Shown here piece after piece: positions 27,261 through 37,624 of a stretch of 64,000 bases of DNA. The position numbers and the translations under genes are program-made. Position 1 is the stretch's first letter. Every line of letters begins with the position of its first letter. The stretch lies in assembly GCF_050920415.1 (NCBI RefSeq), contig NZ_CP169309.1. One strand, 5' to 3'. The notes beneath the pieces were generated by a model that searched no databases, had not been told where the DNA came from, and was given only the letters and a program-made list of their open reading frames with translations. This DNA is from Escherichia coli. Its GTDB lineage: Bacteria > Pseudomonadota > Gammaproteobacteria > Enterobacterales > Enterobacteriaceae.

Positions 27261-29086
27261 TGAAATTGCAAAAGCAATTACTGGAAGCTGTGGAGCACAA
27301 ACAGCTACGCCCGCTGGATGTGCAATTTGCCCTGACCGTGGCGGGAGATGAACATCCTGCCGTCACCCTCGCGGCAGCCCTGTTAAGCCACGACGCCGGG
27401 GAAGGGCATGTCTGTTTACCGCTCTCACGACTGGAAAATAACGAGGAGTCACATCCGCTGTTAGCAACCTTCGTCAGCGAAATCGGTGAGTTACAAAATT
27501 GGGAAGAATGCTTGCTGGCTTCACAAGCGGTCAGCCGGGGAGATGAACCAACGCCGATGATCCTCTGTGGTGATCGTCTTTATTTGAATCGCATGTGGTG
27601 TAACGAGCGCACAGTGGCACGCTTTTTCAACGAAGTGAATCATGCCATTGAGGTTGATGAAGCTCTACTGGCGCAAACCCTGGACAAACTTTTTCCAGTA
27701 AGCGATGAAATTAACTGGCAAAAAGTGGCGGCGGCAGTGGCGCTGACGCGGCGGATCTCGGTGATTTCCGGCGGCCCTGGCACCGGTAAAACGACCACCG
27801 TAGCGAAGTTGTTGGCAGCGTTAATTCAAATGGCAGACGGCGAACGCTGCCGTATCCGCCTGGCTGCGCCAACGGGGAAAGCTGCCGCGCGCTTAACCGA
27901 ATCGCTTGGCAAAGCTTTGCGCCAGTTACCGCTGACCGATGAACAAAAGAAACGCATACCGGAAGACGCCAGCACCTTGCACCGTCTCCTGGGCGCGCAG
28001 CCAGGTAGCCAGCGTTTACGCCATCATGCCGGTAACCCGCTGCATCTTGATGTGCTGGTGGTGGATGAAGCGTCAATGATCGATCTCCCCATGATGTCGC
28101 GCCTGATCGATGCGTTGCCCGATCATGCCAGAGTGATCTTCCTCGGTGATCGCGATCAACTGGCCTCGGTTGAGGCTGGAGCTGTGCTGGGCGATATCTG
28201 CGCTTATGCCAACGCAGGCTTTACCGCCGAGCGTGCCGGGCAATTAAGTCGTCTGACGGGAAGTCATGTTCCGTCAGGAACTGGCACAGAAGCGGCATCT
28301 TTGCGCAACAGTCTCTGCCTGCTGCAAAAAAGCTATCGTTTCGGCAGCGATTCTGGCATTGGTCAGTTAGCTGCGGCGATCAACCGTGGTGATAAAACGG
28401 CAGTGAAAACCGTTTTTCAGCAGGATTTTACTGATATCGAAAAACGGCTTTTACAGAGCGGCGAAGACTATATTGCGATGCTTGAGGAGGCTCTTGCGGG
28501 TTACGGGCGTTATCTGGATCTGCTGCAAGCGCGTGCCGAGCCGGATTTAATCATTCAGGCGTTCAATGAGTACCAGCTTTTGTGCGCCCTGCGGGAAGGG
28601 CCGTTTGGCGTGGCTGGACTGAATGAGCGAATTGAGCAGTTTATGCAACAGAAGCGCAAAATTCATCGTCATCCGCACTCTCGTTGGTACGAAGGCCGAC
28701 CAGTGATGATTGCCCGTAATGACAGCGCGCTTGGGTTGTTTAATGGCGATATCGGTATTGCGCTGGATCGCGGGCAGGGGACGCGCGTCTGGTTTGCGAT
28801 GCCGGATGGCAATATTAAGTCTGTGCAACCGAGCCGCCTGCCAGAACACGAAACCACGTGGGCGATGACGGTACATAAATCGCAGGGATCGGAGTTTGAC
28901 CATGCGGCGTTGATTTTACCGAACCAACGCACGCCAGTTGTAACGCGAGAGCTGGTTTACACTGCGGTGACCCGCGCGCGTCGCCGTCTGTCGTTGTATG
29001 CCGATGAGCGCATATTAAGTGCGGCAATCGCCACTCGTACTGAGCGGCGCAGTGGTCTGGCGGCGTTGTTTAGTTCGCGGGAATAA
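27260..29086 (+). CDS. recD: Exodeoxyribonuclease V alpha subunit
   Basis: 608 aa; Walker [11 protein letters not shown]; start overlaps recB stop. Confidence 0.96.
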   Translation: MKLQKQLLEAVEHKQLRPLDVQFALTVAGDEHPAVTLAAALLSHDAGEGHVCLPLSRLENNEESHPLLATFVSEIGELQNWEECLLASQAVSRGDEPTPMILCGDRLYLNRMWCNERTVARFFNEVNHAIEVDEALLAQTLDKLFPVSDEINWQKVAAAVALTRRISVISGGPGTGKTTTVAKLLAALIQMADGERCRIRLAAPTGKAAARLTESLGKALRQLPLTDEQKKRIPEDASTLHRLLGAQPGSQRLRHHAGNPLHLDVLVVDEASMIDLPMMSRLIDALPDHARVIFLGDRDQLASVEAGAVLGDICAYANAGFTAERAGQLSRLTGSHVPSGTGTEAASLRNSLCLLQKSYRFGSDSGIGQLAAAINRGDKTAVKTVFQQDFTDIEKRLLQSGEDYIAMLEEALAGYGRYLDLLQARAEPDLIIQAFNEYQLLCALREGPFGVAGLNERIEQFMQQKRKIHRHPHSRWYEGRPVMIARNDSALGLFNGDIGIALDRGQGTRVWFAMPDGNIKSVQPSRLPEHETTWAMTVHKSQGSEFDHAALILPNQRTPVVTRELVYTAVTRARRRLSLYADERILSAAIATRTERRSGLAALFSSRE

Positions 29087-29089
29087 ACG

Positions 29090-29290
<201 letters not shown>

Positions 29291-29323
29291 ATTGCGCATG
29301 TCGCATCTGGCGATTTCCACCAC

Positions 29324-30655
29324 TTACCCCAAATCCGCCATCAACACTTTGGATTTACGCTGGTAGTTGTACAACTGCTTTTTGCTCTCGGGCAGTAAAT
29401 CAATATCCACCGGGGTAAATCCACGTTCCTGGAACCAGTGAATACTGCGCGTGGTCAGTACAAACAATTTGCTTAATCCGCTTTGCTTCGCCTGAGCGGC
29501 AATGCGCTCCAGCAAAACCTCGCCCCTTGATGAGCTGCGGTAATCCGGGTGAACGGCCACACAGGCCATTTCCCCAATCTTCTCTTCCGGGAACGGATAG
29601 AGTGCTGCGCAGGCAATAGTCGTGTTATCGCGCTGAATAATGGTGAATTTGTCGATTTCCATCTCCAGTTGCTCGCGAGAACGGCGTACCAGAATACCTT
29701 GCTGCTCCAGTGGGCGAATCAACTCCAGAATGCCGCCAATATCGTTGATTGTTGCGCGACGAATTTGCTCGGCGCTTTCCATCACAATCTGCGTACCGAT
29801 ACCGTCACGTGAGAACAACTCTTGCAACAGCGCGCCATCTTCCTGGTAACTAATTAAATGACAGCGACGTACGCCGCTGCGGCAGGCTTTCACCGCACCA
29901 CGCAAAAAGCGCACCGTACCGGAGTTGTAATCGCCTTTCTCTTCCTGAGCTTCTACCCGCGCTTGTGCTTCGTTAGGGAAAAGCTCGGAGACAATATCGC
30001 CGTCGTCATTAGTGACGCCCTGTGAAGAGCAAAAACCAATCATCTTTTCAGCTTTCAGTTTGATGGCCAGTTGAGTGGCGATCTCTTCCGAGGTCAGATT
30101 AAAGCTCTCGCCAGTGACTGAAACCGCGACCGGCCCCAGCAGCACTATCGCACCGCTGTCCAGTTGACGATGAATCGCATCTTCGTCAATCCGCCGGATA
30201 CGCCCGCTATGGCAGTAATCCACACCGTCATCCACGCCCAGCGGCTGGGCAATAATAAAATTGCCACTGACGACGTTGATATGCGCGCCCTGCAGCGGCG
30301 TGTTATTGAGACTCATCGACAGGCGAGCAGTAATGTCCAGTTGCAATGTTCCCGCAGCCTGCTTCACCAGTTCTAGTGTTTTGGCGTCGGTCACGCGTAT
30401 ATTTTTGTGATATAGCGGTTCGTGGTGATGCGCTGCCAGATTCGCATCGATCTGCGGGCGCGCTCCATAGACCACGACCAGACGGATGCCGAGGCTGTGC
30501 AGCAACCCGATATCATTAACGATACTGGAGAAATTCTCATGCTCAATGGCTTCACCGCCGAGCATGATGACAAACGTTTTTCCCCGGTGGGTATTGATAT
30601 AAGGAACCGAATGGCGGAATCCCTCGACCAACTCGGTTTTACGTTCCTTCACCAC
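29324..30655 (-). CDS. argA: N-acetylglutamate synthase
   Basis: 443 aa from GTG at 30655 ([12 protein letters not shown]); the track ORF extends in-frame upstream. Confidence 0.93.
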   Translation of the reverse strand: MVKERKTELVEGFRHSVPYINTHRGKTFVIMLGGEAIEHENFSSIVNDIGLLHSLGIRLVVVYGARPQIDANLAAHHHEPLYHKNIRVTDAKTLELVKQAAGTLQLDITARLSMSLNNTPLQGAHINVVSGNFIIAQPLGVDDGVDYCHSGRIRRIDEDAIHRQLDSGAIVLLGPVAVSVTGESFNLTSEEIATQLAIKLKAEKMIGFCSSQGVTNDDGDIVSELFPNEAQARVEAQEEKGDYNSGTVRFLRGAVKACRSGVRRCHLISYQEDGALLQELFSRDGIGTQIVMESAEQIRRATINDIGGILELIRPLEQQGILVRRSREQLEMEIDKFTIIQRDNTTIACAALYPFPEEKIGEMACVAVHPDYRSSSRGEVLLERIAAQAKQSGLSKLFVLTTRSIHWFQERGFTPVDIDLLPESKKQLYNYQRKSKVLMADLG

Positions 30656-30670
30656 GGCACACCTCTTTGC

Positions 30671-30704
30671 ATGATTATTCGTAATTATTGTATTTTTATT
30701 CTGT
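30671..30704. promoter_or_regulatory. Candidate ArgR operator (ARG boxes) upstream of argA
   Basis: AT-rich dyad-like sequence TGATTATTCGTAATTATTGTATTTTTATTC just upstream of the argA start; resembles the ARG-box consensus from memory. Confidence 0.35.
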
Positions 30705-30885
30705 TTTTTCACTGGGTGCAAGTGCAAATTTTACGCATGAGCAACTTTTTTATCAGTAATGCCGTGAATATAAAAAGAATGTTTACCGTTTATTAGATGA
30801 CAGATTATGCGTCTTTCGCTAAAGTTTCCGGTCAAATTAGTCGTTTATTTGTTACACAGCTTAGATTTTTTTGCTCGGGAGATGC

Positions 30886-32139
30886 ATGTCGGGATCCAAC
30901 ACAGCAATCAGCCGTCGTCGTTTACTGCAAGGCGCGGGTGCCATGTGGCTATTGAGCGTAAGTCAGGTCAGTCTGGCTGCGGTCAGCCAGGTCGTGGCGG
31001 TGCGCGTCTGGCCTGCGTCCAGCTACACCCGTGTGACGGTAGAATCTAATCGTCAGCTGAAATATAAGCAGTTCGCGTTGAGTAACCCTGAACGCGTGGT
31101 GGTGGATATCGAAGATGTAAACCTGAACTCAGTGCTCAAGGGGATGGCGGCACAAATTCGTGCTGATGACCCGTTCATTAAGTCGGCGCGCGTCGGGCAG
31201 TTTGACCCGCAAACCGTGCGGATGGTTTTTGAGTTAAAGCAAAACGTAAAACCGCAGCTGTTTGCCCTTGCTCCGGTCGCCGGGTTTAAAGAGCGTCTGG
31301 TGATGGATCTCTATCCTGCCAATGCTCAGGACATGCAGGACCCGCTGCTGGCGCTGCTGGAGGATTACAATAAAGGCGATCTCGAAAAGCAGGTGCCGCC
31401 TGCGCAGAGTGGCCCGCAGCCAGGCAAAGCAGGGCGCGATCGTCCGATTGTCATTATGCTTGACCCTGGCCATGGCGGCGAAGACTCCGGTGCGGTGGGG
31501 AAATACAAAACGCGTGAAAAAGACGTGGTATTGCAAATTGCCCGCCGTTTGCGCTCTCTGATTGAGAAAGAGGGCAATATGAAAGTTTACATGACCCGTA
31601 ATGAAGACATCTTCATTCCGTTGCAAGTGCGCGTAGCAAAAGCACAGAAACAGCGTGCTGACTTGTTTGTCTCTATTCATGCCGATGCCTTTACCAGTCG
31701 CCAGCCGAGCGGTTCCTCTGTGTTTGCGCTCTCTACCAAAGGTGCAACCAGTACCGCGGCAAAATATCTGGCGCAAACTCAGAACGCCTCGGACTTGATT
31801 GGTGGCGTGAGTAAGAGCGGCGACCGTTATGTCGACCATACTATGTTCGATATGGTGCAGTCGCTGACCATTGCCGACAGTCTGAAGTTTGGTAAAGCTG
31901 TGTTGAATAAGCTCGGTAAAATCAACAAGCTGCATAAAAATCAGGTTGAACAAGCCGGGTTTGCCGTGCTGAAAGCGCCTGATATACCCTCTATTTTGGT
32001 CGAAACGGCGTTTATCAGTAACGTTGAGGAAGAACGTAAACTGAAAACGGCAACCTTCCAGCAGGAAGTTGCGGAATCAATCCTCGCAGGGATAAAAGCG
32101 TATTTTGCCGATGGGGCGACGCTGGCGAGAAGGGGATAA
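30886..32139 (+). CDS. amiC: N-acetylmuramoyl-L-alanine amidase AmiC (Tat-exported)
   Basis: Start at ATG 30886 ([19 protein letters not shown] twin-arginine signal); amidase_3 domain. Confidence 0.93.
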
Positions 32140-32310
32140 TGTTTTTATTTATTCAATGAATTTATATTTCGTTGAATAGATAATATTTACCTGAATATTA
32201 GACGTTGGTTTTGTGACTGATGTCGAATATTTGAATGTCGGCTTGAAAAATAAGCCGACCATCTCTTTAATTAAGCACAATTCCGTGTAATGTATATGCA
32301 TTAGTTAATC

Positions 32311-32340
32311 ATCTTGTAACTGTTAAATCAGGCAAGGCAA
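32311..32340 (+). promoter_or_regulatory. RAT (ribonucleic antiterminator) element of a BglG/SacY-type antitermination leader
   Basis: ATCTTGTAACTGTTAAATCAGGCAAGGCAA resembles the RAT consensus GGATTGTTACTG-N6-CAGGCAAAACC and overlaps the 5' arm of the following terminator. Confidence 0.65.
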
Positions 32341-32385
32341 TGTTTGAAGTAATTATTACTTCTGACGTGCCTTGCCTTTTTTTTT
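32329..32385 (+). terminator. Leader terminator partnered with the RAT
   Basis: 10 bp stem AGGCAAGGCA / TGCCTTGCCT with ~28 nt loop, followed by T9 (32377-32385), directly upstream of the antiterminator RBS GGAG. Confidence 0.7.
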
Positions 32386-32396
32386 GGAGCTATGGA

Positions 32397-33220
32397 ATGA
32401 TCATCGAAAAAGTCATGAACAATAATTGTGTACAGGCATCGATGAATGGACAGGAGGTTATCATTTCTGGGCCTGGCGTCGGTTACAAAAAAAATATGGA
32501 ATGTCGGTCCCTGAGCATCCGGCTAACCGGATTTTTTATGTCAGAAATGAACAAAAAAATAAACTCTACAAATTGATTGAGCATGTGGATATTGAGTATA
32601 TTTTTGTTGCCGAATAAATAGTGCAATATGCGGAGAACAATCTCGAAAAAAATCTCAATCCATCGCTACTATTGATTCTTGCTGATCATATTTCGAATGC
32701 AATATCCCGAGTCGCTTCAGGCATACAAATTAATAATGTTTTCCTTGATGAAATCAAAGCGTTGTACAAAGCAGAGTATGCGATAAGTCGCGATGCATTA
32801 ACTATCATTAATGAGCAATTCAGCGTTCAACTTCCTGATGATGAGATTGGTTTTATAGCATTGCATATTTTAAATAATTATGAGAATTCAGTTGATTATG
32901 AATCAGTACGGATTATTGAGTTGTCGCAAATAATCACGGGGCTTATTGAAGTTGTTTATAACAGAAAGGTGGACAGAAGTTCATTTAATTATTCCAGGTT
33001 CATGATACACCTTAAATATTTTTCAAGTCGCGTATTATGCAATGAAAAAATAAAACAGAAAGATATTGGTGATCTCTATGAACAGTTTCTTGAGAAAGAC
33101 ATTCTGTTACAGCGCGCAATTCATGAAATTGAAAGGTATTTGTACGCCACTTTTAAATATGAATTGATTTTGGAAGAAAAACTATATCTCTCTATTCGCA
33201 CCAAAGTATTAATGGACTGA
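32397..33220 (+). pseudogene. BglG/LicT-family transcription antiterminator (CAT-PRD1-PRD2), disrupted
   Basis: CAT domain MIIEKVMNNNCVQASMNGQEVIISGPGVGYKK in one frame; continuation ...RIFYVRNEQKNKLYKLIEHVDIEYIFVAE in the -1 frame after an A8 run (32486-32493); in-frame TAA at 32615-32617; PRD region continues to 33220 (FIALHIL, FMIHLKYF conserved His). Confidence 0.8.
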
Positions 33221-33251
33221 TTATATATAACATTTATATGAGATAACCCGC

Positions 33252-34832
33252 ATGAAACAAAAGAAAGCCTGGAGTTTTTTTCAGAGCCTGGGAAAGGCAT
33301 TTATGTATCCCATCGCTCTGCTAAGTGTATGTGGCATGATGTTAGGGCTAGGAAGTGGTTTAGCCAGCGATGATATGGCAAAATTAATTCCACTACTGGC
33401 TATTCCCGTAATTAAAACCATTCTTGATTTTATTGTTAGCCTTGGTTTGTTTGCCTTTGTCAATTTACCTGTATTGTTTGCGATAGCTATACCTCTGGGG
33501 TTATTAAAAGAGAAAGAGGATAAAGCCTATGGCGCTTTTTCTGGCTTAATTGGTTTCATGGCGATGCATCTGGGAACGAACTTTTATCTTAAACAACATG
33601 ACTTATTGGTCGCTGCTGATCAAATGTCGACACATGGGCAAACCATTATTCTGGGAATCCAGTCCTACAATACCAGTGTGTTGGGTGGGATTATAGCAGG
33701 ATTATTAGTCGCCAGTATGTATAAAAAGATCGTTAACTTACGTATTCCTGAATCATTAGGATTTTATAGTGGCCCACGCCTGGTGCCTATTATTACACTG
33801 ATTGTGATGAGTGGATTTGGTCTGATCATCCCTTTTATCTGGCCGCCATTTTTCAATCTTTTCATGCTCATTGGCCACTGGATTTCAACTTCCGGTCCTG
33901 TTGGCTATTTTTTCTATGCAGTCGCCGAACGCGTGACGATACCTTTTGGTTTAAATCACCTGGTGACGTCAGTTTTCCGCTTTACCCCCATCGGCGGATC
34001 GGCAGTGATCGGCGGAGAAGAGTATTATGGCACCCTGAACATGTTTATGGCGTACGTCAAAGAGAATGCGGTCATTCCGCTGGAGTTGGCGGGGAAAATG
34101 GAACAGGGCAAACTGATGATTCAGTATGGTCTGGCTGGTGCCGCGCTGGCGATGTATCGCACTGCTCATGCTCAAAACAGAAAAGCTATCAAAGCATTGC
34201 TTATTTCCGGGGTGCTTACAGTCATTATTGGCGGCGTCAGCGAACCGATTGAGTTTCTGTTCTTATTTGTCAGTCCACTGCTATTTGTCTTCCATGCTTT
34301 TATGAATGGATTCGCCAACATGGTCTTGCCATATATGGGCGTGAAGATGGGATTTACTGGCGATCTGATTCAATTTATTAGCTTTGGCGTATTGCGTGGC
34401 ACAAGAACAGGTTGGCCAATAGCGGTGTGTGTCGAAGTGGCCTATTTCTTTATTTATTACTTTGTGTTCCGTTGGACTATTCTCAAATTTAACCTGATGA
34501 CGGTAGGCCGTGAAGAGTCCAGTCCTGTCACGCTGAACGCTCATGAGGATACGGCTATAGCGGATATCCCAACGCTTGATAAATCAGAGCTGCAAGCAGC
34601 GGAGCAGATGGTTAAGGCACTTGGTGGTAAAGAGAATATTAAATCCCTGGATAATTGCGTAACTCGTTTACGTTTAACAATCGCAGATATGGGATTGATT
34701 GACGAGGCAGCAATAAAAAGAGCTGGCGGAATTGCGGTTGTTAAACTTGATCAAAATACCCTACAAGTCATTATCGGTACTAAAGTCATCGCCTTGCGTC
34801 GGGATATGGATAACTACATGGGGATATGCTGA
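33252..34832 (+). CDS. PTS sugar transporter EIICB, glucose/maltose family, no EIIA domain
   Basis: 526 aa; polytopic EIIC with SEPIEF motif; C-terminal EIIB with phospho-Cys motif NCVTRLR. Confidence 0.9.
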   Translation: MKQKKAWSFFQSLGKAFMYPIALLSVCGMMLGLGSGLASDDMAKLIPLLAIPVIKTILDFIVSLGLFAFVNLPVLFAIAIPLGLLKEKEDKAYGAFSGLIGFMAMHLGTNFYLKQHDLLVAADQMSTHGQTIILGIQSYNTSVLGGIIAGLLVASMYKKIVNLRIPESLGFYSGPRLVPIITLIVMSGFGLIIPFIWPPFFNLFMLIGHWISTSGPVGYFFYAVAERVTIPFGLNHLVTSVFRFTPIGGSAVIGGEEYYGTLNMFMAYVKENAVIPLELAGKMEQGKLMIQYGLAGAALAMYRTAHAQNRKAIKALLISGVLTVIIGGVSEPIEFLFLFVSPLLFVFHAFMNGFANMVLPYMGVKMGFTGDLIQFISFGVLRGTRTGWPIAVCVEVAYFFIYYFVFRWTILKFNLMTVGREESSPVTLNAHEDTAIADIPTLDKSELQAAEQMVKALGGKENIKSLDNCVTRLRLTIADMGLIDEAAIKRAGGIAVVKLDQNTLQVIIGTKVIALRRDMDNYMGIC

Positions 34833-36007
34833 TGGATGTTTTTAATACTCCTATTTCCCGCAAAGGAACATATTGTACCCAATGGGACTTTTGCGAGGAC
34901 AGATTTGGTGTAAAAGATGTATTACCATTCTCTATTTCAGATATGGATCTTCCGATACCGGAAGCTATCATCAGGGCATTAAGAAAACGTCTGGAACACC
35001 CGATTTTAGGGTACAGCCGTTGGCAGCATGATGACTATCTGAATGCGATAGTCAATTGGTATCATCAACAATATAAAACTGAAATCAAACCAGAATGGAT
35101 CACCTATAGCCCAAGCGTGATGTACTCCATTGCTAAAGCAATAGAGTTATTGACATCGCATGGTGATAATATTCTCGTTTTTACACCTGTCTATAATGCA
35201 TTTTTTGATATAATTAAACATAGCGAGAGAAATATTCTGACAGCCTCTTTGATTATAAAAAATGAGGGGGGCTACGCTATCAATTGGCAAGATTTTGATC
35301 TTAAGATTCAAAGCGCAAAGATGGTGTTATTATGTAATCCTCATAACCCGACAGGAACCGTCTGGTCGGAAGAAGAGCTGCATAAAATCGCTGCAAGCTG
35401 TGCAAGACATAATGTCTGGTTATGTTCAGATGAAATTCACAGTGATTTTGTTTTTAATCGTAGCTTTACATCTGCGCTTAAAATAAAAAAAGAAAAAGTA
35501 GTGGTGTTTAATTCGATATCGAAGACATTTAATGTTCCTGCGCTAACAGGATCGTATATGATTTCAACTGACGATAATTTTAATCATAAGTTCAGGACGA
35601 TATCAAGATATCGCGATTTTGTAAACTCCCCATCCGTACTGAATATAATTGCAACTATTATTGCCTATAACGAATGTGAGGGATGGTTAAAGTCATTAAA
35701 GGCACATATTGCCTCTAACATTCAATTCACCCAGCAGTATCTGAACGAAAATACTCCAGAATTGATTGTAAGGCCTGCTGATGGTTGCTATTTTTCGTGG
35801 ATAGATTGCTCTGCTATTGGTTATCCCTTTGATGAATTCTACAGTCGATTAATTCATGAAGGCAAAGTGGGCATTATGGCGGGGAATGTCTATGGAACGG
35901 AGGGGGAGGGCTACCTTCGTCTGAACCTGGCCTGCGGTCGAGAAAAATTATATATGGGGCTTACGCGTCTTGCGAGTGTAATTAAAAATATTAATCAAGG
36001 AAAATAA
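34832..36007 (+). CDS. MalY/PatB-like PLP-dependent C-S lyase (aminotransferase class I/II fold)
   Basis: N-terminus MDVFNTPISRKGTYCTQWD aligns with E. coli MalY MFDFSKVVDRHGTWCTQWD; SxSKTFN PLP-lysine region; alternative ATG at 34826 overlaps the PTS stop. Confidence 0.88.
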   Translation: MDVFNTPISRKGTYCTQWDFCEDRFGVKDVLPFSISDMDLPIPEAIIRALRKRLEHPILGYSRWQHDDYLNAIVNWYHQQYKTEIKPEWITYSPSVMYSIAKAIELLTSHGDNILVFTPVYNAFFDIIKHSERNILTASLIIKNEGGYAINWQDFDLKIQSAKMVLLCNPHNPTGTVWSEEELHKIAASCARHNVWLCSDEIHSDFVFNRSFTSALKIKKEKVVVFNSISKTFNVPALTGSYMISTDDNFNHKFRTISRYRDFVNSPSVLNIIATIIAYNECEGWLKSLKAHIASNIQFTQQYLNENTPELIVRPADGCYFSWIDCSAIGYPFDEFYSRLIHEGKVGIMAGNVYGTEGEGYLRLNLACGREKLYMGLTRLASVIKNINQGK

Positions 36008-36009
36008 AA

Positions 36010-36606
36010 ATGAACAGCACGGATCTTATCCATCTCATTAAACATTTTATGCGTAACGAACATAAAGCAGTTGAAGAAGTTATTGATTCCCCCCTTTCGG
36101 AGGTCGCAAATTTAATTAAAGTATTACAGTCTTGTCAGGGGAAAGTTGTTTTTATTGGTGTCGGTAAGTCCGGTATTATTGCCCGAAAACTCGCCGCAAC
36201 ATTTGCCAGCACTGGAACTCCCTCGTTTTTTGTTCACGGTACTGAAGCCGTACACGGCGATCTTGGGATGGTGGCGAAAGATGATGTTGTTATTCTTATT
36301 TCAAACAGTGGTGAGACGACAGAAATCCTGGCAACACTACCTAGTCTGAAAAAAATGGGTAATTATTTGATCTCCTTTACCCGCAGTCATCGCTCATCGC
36401 TTGCGATAAGTTGTGATTTATCCGTTGAAATTCCCGTAAAAAGTGAGGCGGATAATTTAGGTTTAGCGCCGTCATGCTCATCAACAGTCGTTCTGGTTGT
36501 TGGTGATGCGGTGGCGCTTGCGCTCTCCGAATTGAAAAAGTTTACTTGTGCTGATTTCGGCTTATATCATCCAGGAGGTGCGCTCGGTATTAAAGCAAAC
36601 TCATAA
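36010..36606 (+). CDS. SIS-domain-only sugar-phosphate isomerase, KdsD/GutQ-like without CBS domains
   Basis: 198 aa; GVGKSGIIARKLAATFASTGTPSFFVHGTEAVHGDLGMV and SNSGET closely resemble the KdsD SIS domain; ORF ends where CBS domains would begin. Confidence 0.88.
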   Translation: MNSTDLIHLIKHFMRNEHKAVEEVIDSPLSEVANLIKVLQSCQGKVVFIGVGKSGIIARKLAATFASTGTPSFFVHGTEAVHGDLGMVAKDDVVILISNSGETTEILATLPSLKKMGNYLISFTRSHRSSLAISCDLSVEIPVKSEADNLGLAPSCSSTVVLVVGDAVALALSELKKFTCADFGLYHPGGALGIKANS

Positions 36607-36676
36607 TTTTAGAATATAAAACAGTAACCGGTCACGCCATCTTTTGGGGTGGCGTTCATTGATGTGAGTGTCAGCT

Positions 36677-37624
36677 ATGAAAAACGTTCTGGTCACCGTT
36701 CCCAGCTTTTCAGCGCGTTGTGTTTCTGCCAGCAAGCTGCTAAGAGAAAATCATTTTAACCTTATTATCAAGAATAATGTGGAGCATCTGGTTAAATCAG
36801 AATCCACAGTATTACGAGAATCTATTTGCGCAGTCATTGCCGGAAAAGATTGTTATCAAGCGGATACGTTATCGCGACTACCAGGAGTGAAAATAATATC
36901 GAGATTCGGGACAGGGATTGATAATATTGATCTTCATACGGCTCGACAATCAGGTATTGTGGTCAATAATGCTGTTGGGATTAATTCAAATGCAGTCGCG
37001 GAATTTATCATTGGTCTTATTTTTGCGAGCATGAGAAATATCCCCGGTAGCTATCATGCGATGCAAAATGGTTATTGGGGCGAGTCGCATGGCTGCGAGT
37101 TACAAGGTAAACGTATTGGCCTGCTTGGCTACGGCAATATTGGCAAAACACTGGCGAAAAGGTTATCTGGTTTTGATGTTGAGCTTTTAGCTTTTGACAA
37201 ACAACCCGATTTCCAGGCCGCAGGCAAAGATGGAGTTCAGTTCGTATCAATTGAAGATATCTTTATGCAGTCTCATGTCATCATCGTTCTTTTGCCATTT
37301 TCTCCGGAGCTGGAGAACTTCATTAGTCATAAATATTTGTCGATGATGCGCAATGGTGCTCTTATCATCAACGCCGCAAGGGGAAAGTTGCTGGATGAGA
37401 GTGCTTTACTTCAGGTAATTGAAGAACGAAATGTTTTTGCAGCACTGGATGTGTTTAGCTCTGAACCGCTAGCGCAATTTAGCCCATTGCTACATGCCAG
37501 GAATATCATTACAACGCCGCATATTGCGGCCGCCACCGTTGAGTCATACCAGCAAACCGGGATATACGTTGCCAGGTCGATAATAGATTTCTTTGCAGGA
37601 AGGGAGATAAAAAACGTGCTGTGA
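36677..37624 (+). CDS. NAD-dependent D-isomer-specific 2-hydroxyacid dehydrogenase
   Basis: About 315 aa; NAD-binding GLLGYGNIGKT and catalytic-region TPHIAAAT; start could alternatively be GTG at 36668. Confidence 0.85.
   Translation: MKNVLVTVPSFSARCVSASKLLRENHFNLIIKNNVEHLVKSESTVLRESICAVIAGKDCYQADTLSRLPGVKIISRFGTGIDNIDLHTARQSGIVVNNAVGINSNAVAEFIIGLIFASMRNIPGSYHAMQNGYWGESHGCELQGKRIGLLGYGNIGKTLAKRLSGFDVELLAFDKQPDFQAAGKDGVQFVSIEDIFMQSHVIIVLLPFSPELENFISHKYLSMMRNGALIINAARGKLLDESALLQVIEERNVFAALDVFSSEPLAQFSPLLHARNIITTPHIAAATVESYQQTGIYVARSIIDFFAGREIKNVL

Noticed and set aside
29324-30727. 467 aa argA and 413 aa csdA (40792-42033) long forms
   Set aside because: The N-terminal extensions have no homology support; conserved N-termini begin at GTG 30655 and ATG 41997 respectively.
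32340-32576. 78 aa ORF starting at ATG 32340
   Set aside because: Its first 19 codons lie inside the leader terminator hairpin; the CAT-domain homology and the RBS indicate a start at 32397, and the ORF ends at a frameshift rather than a natural stop.
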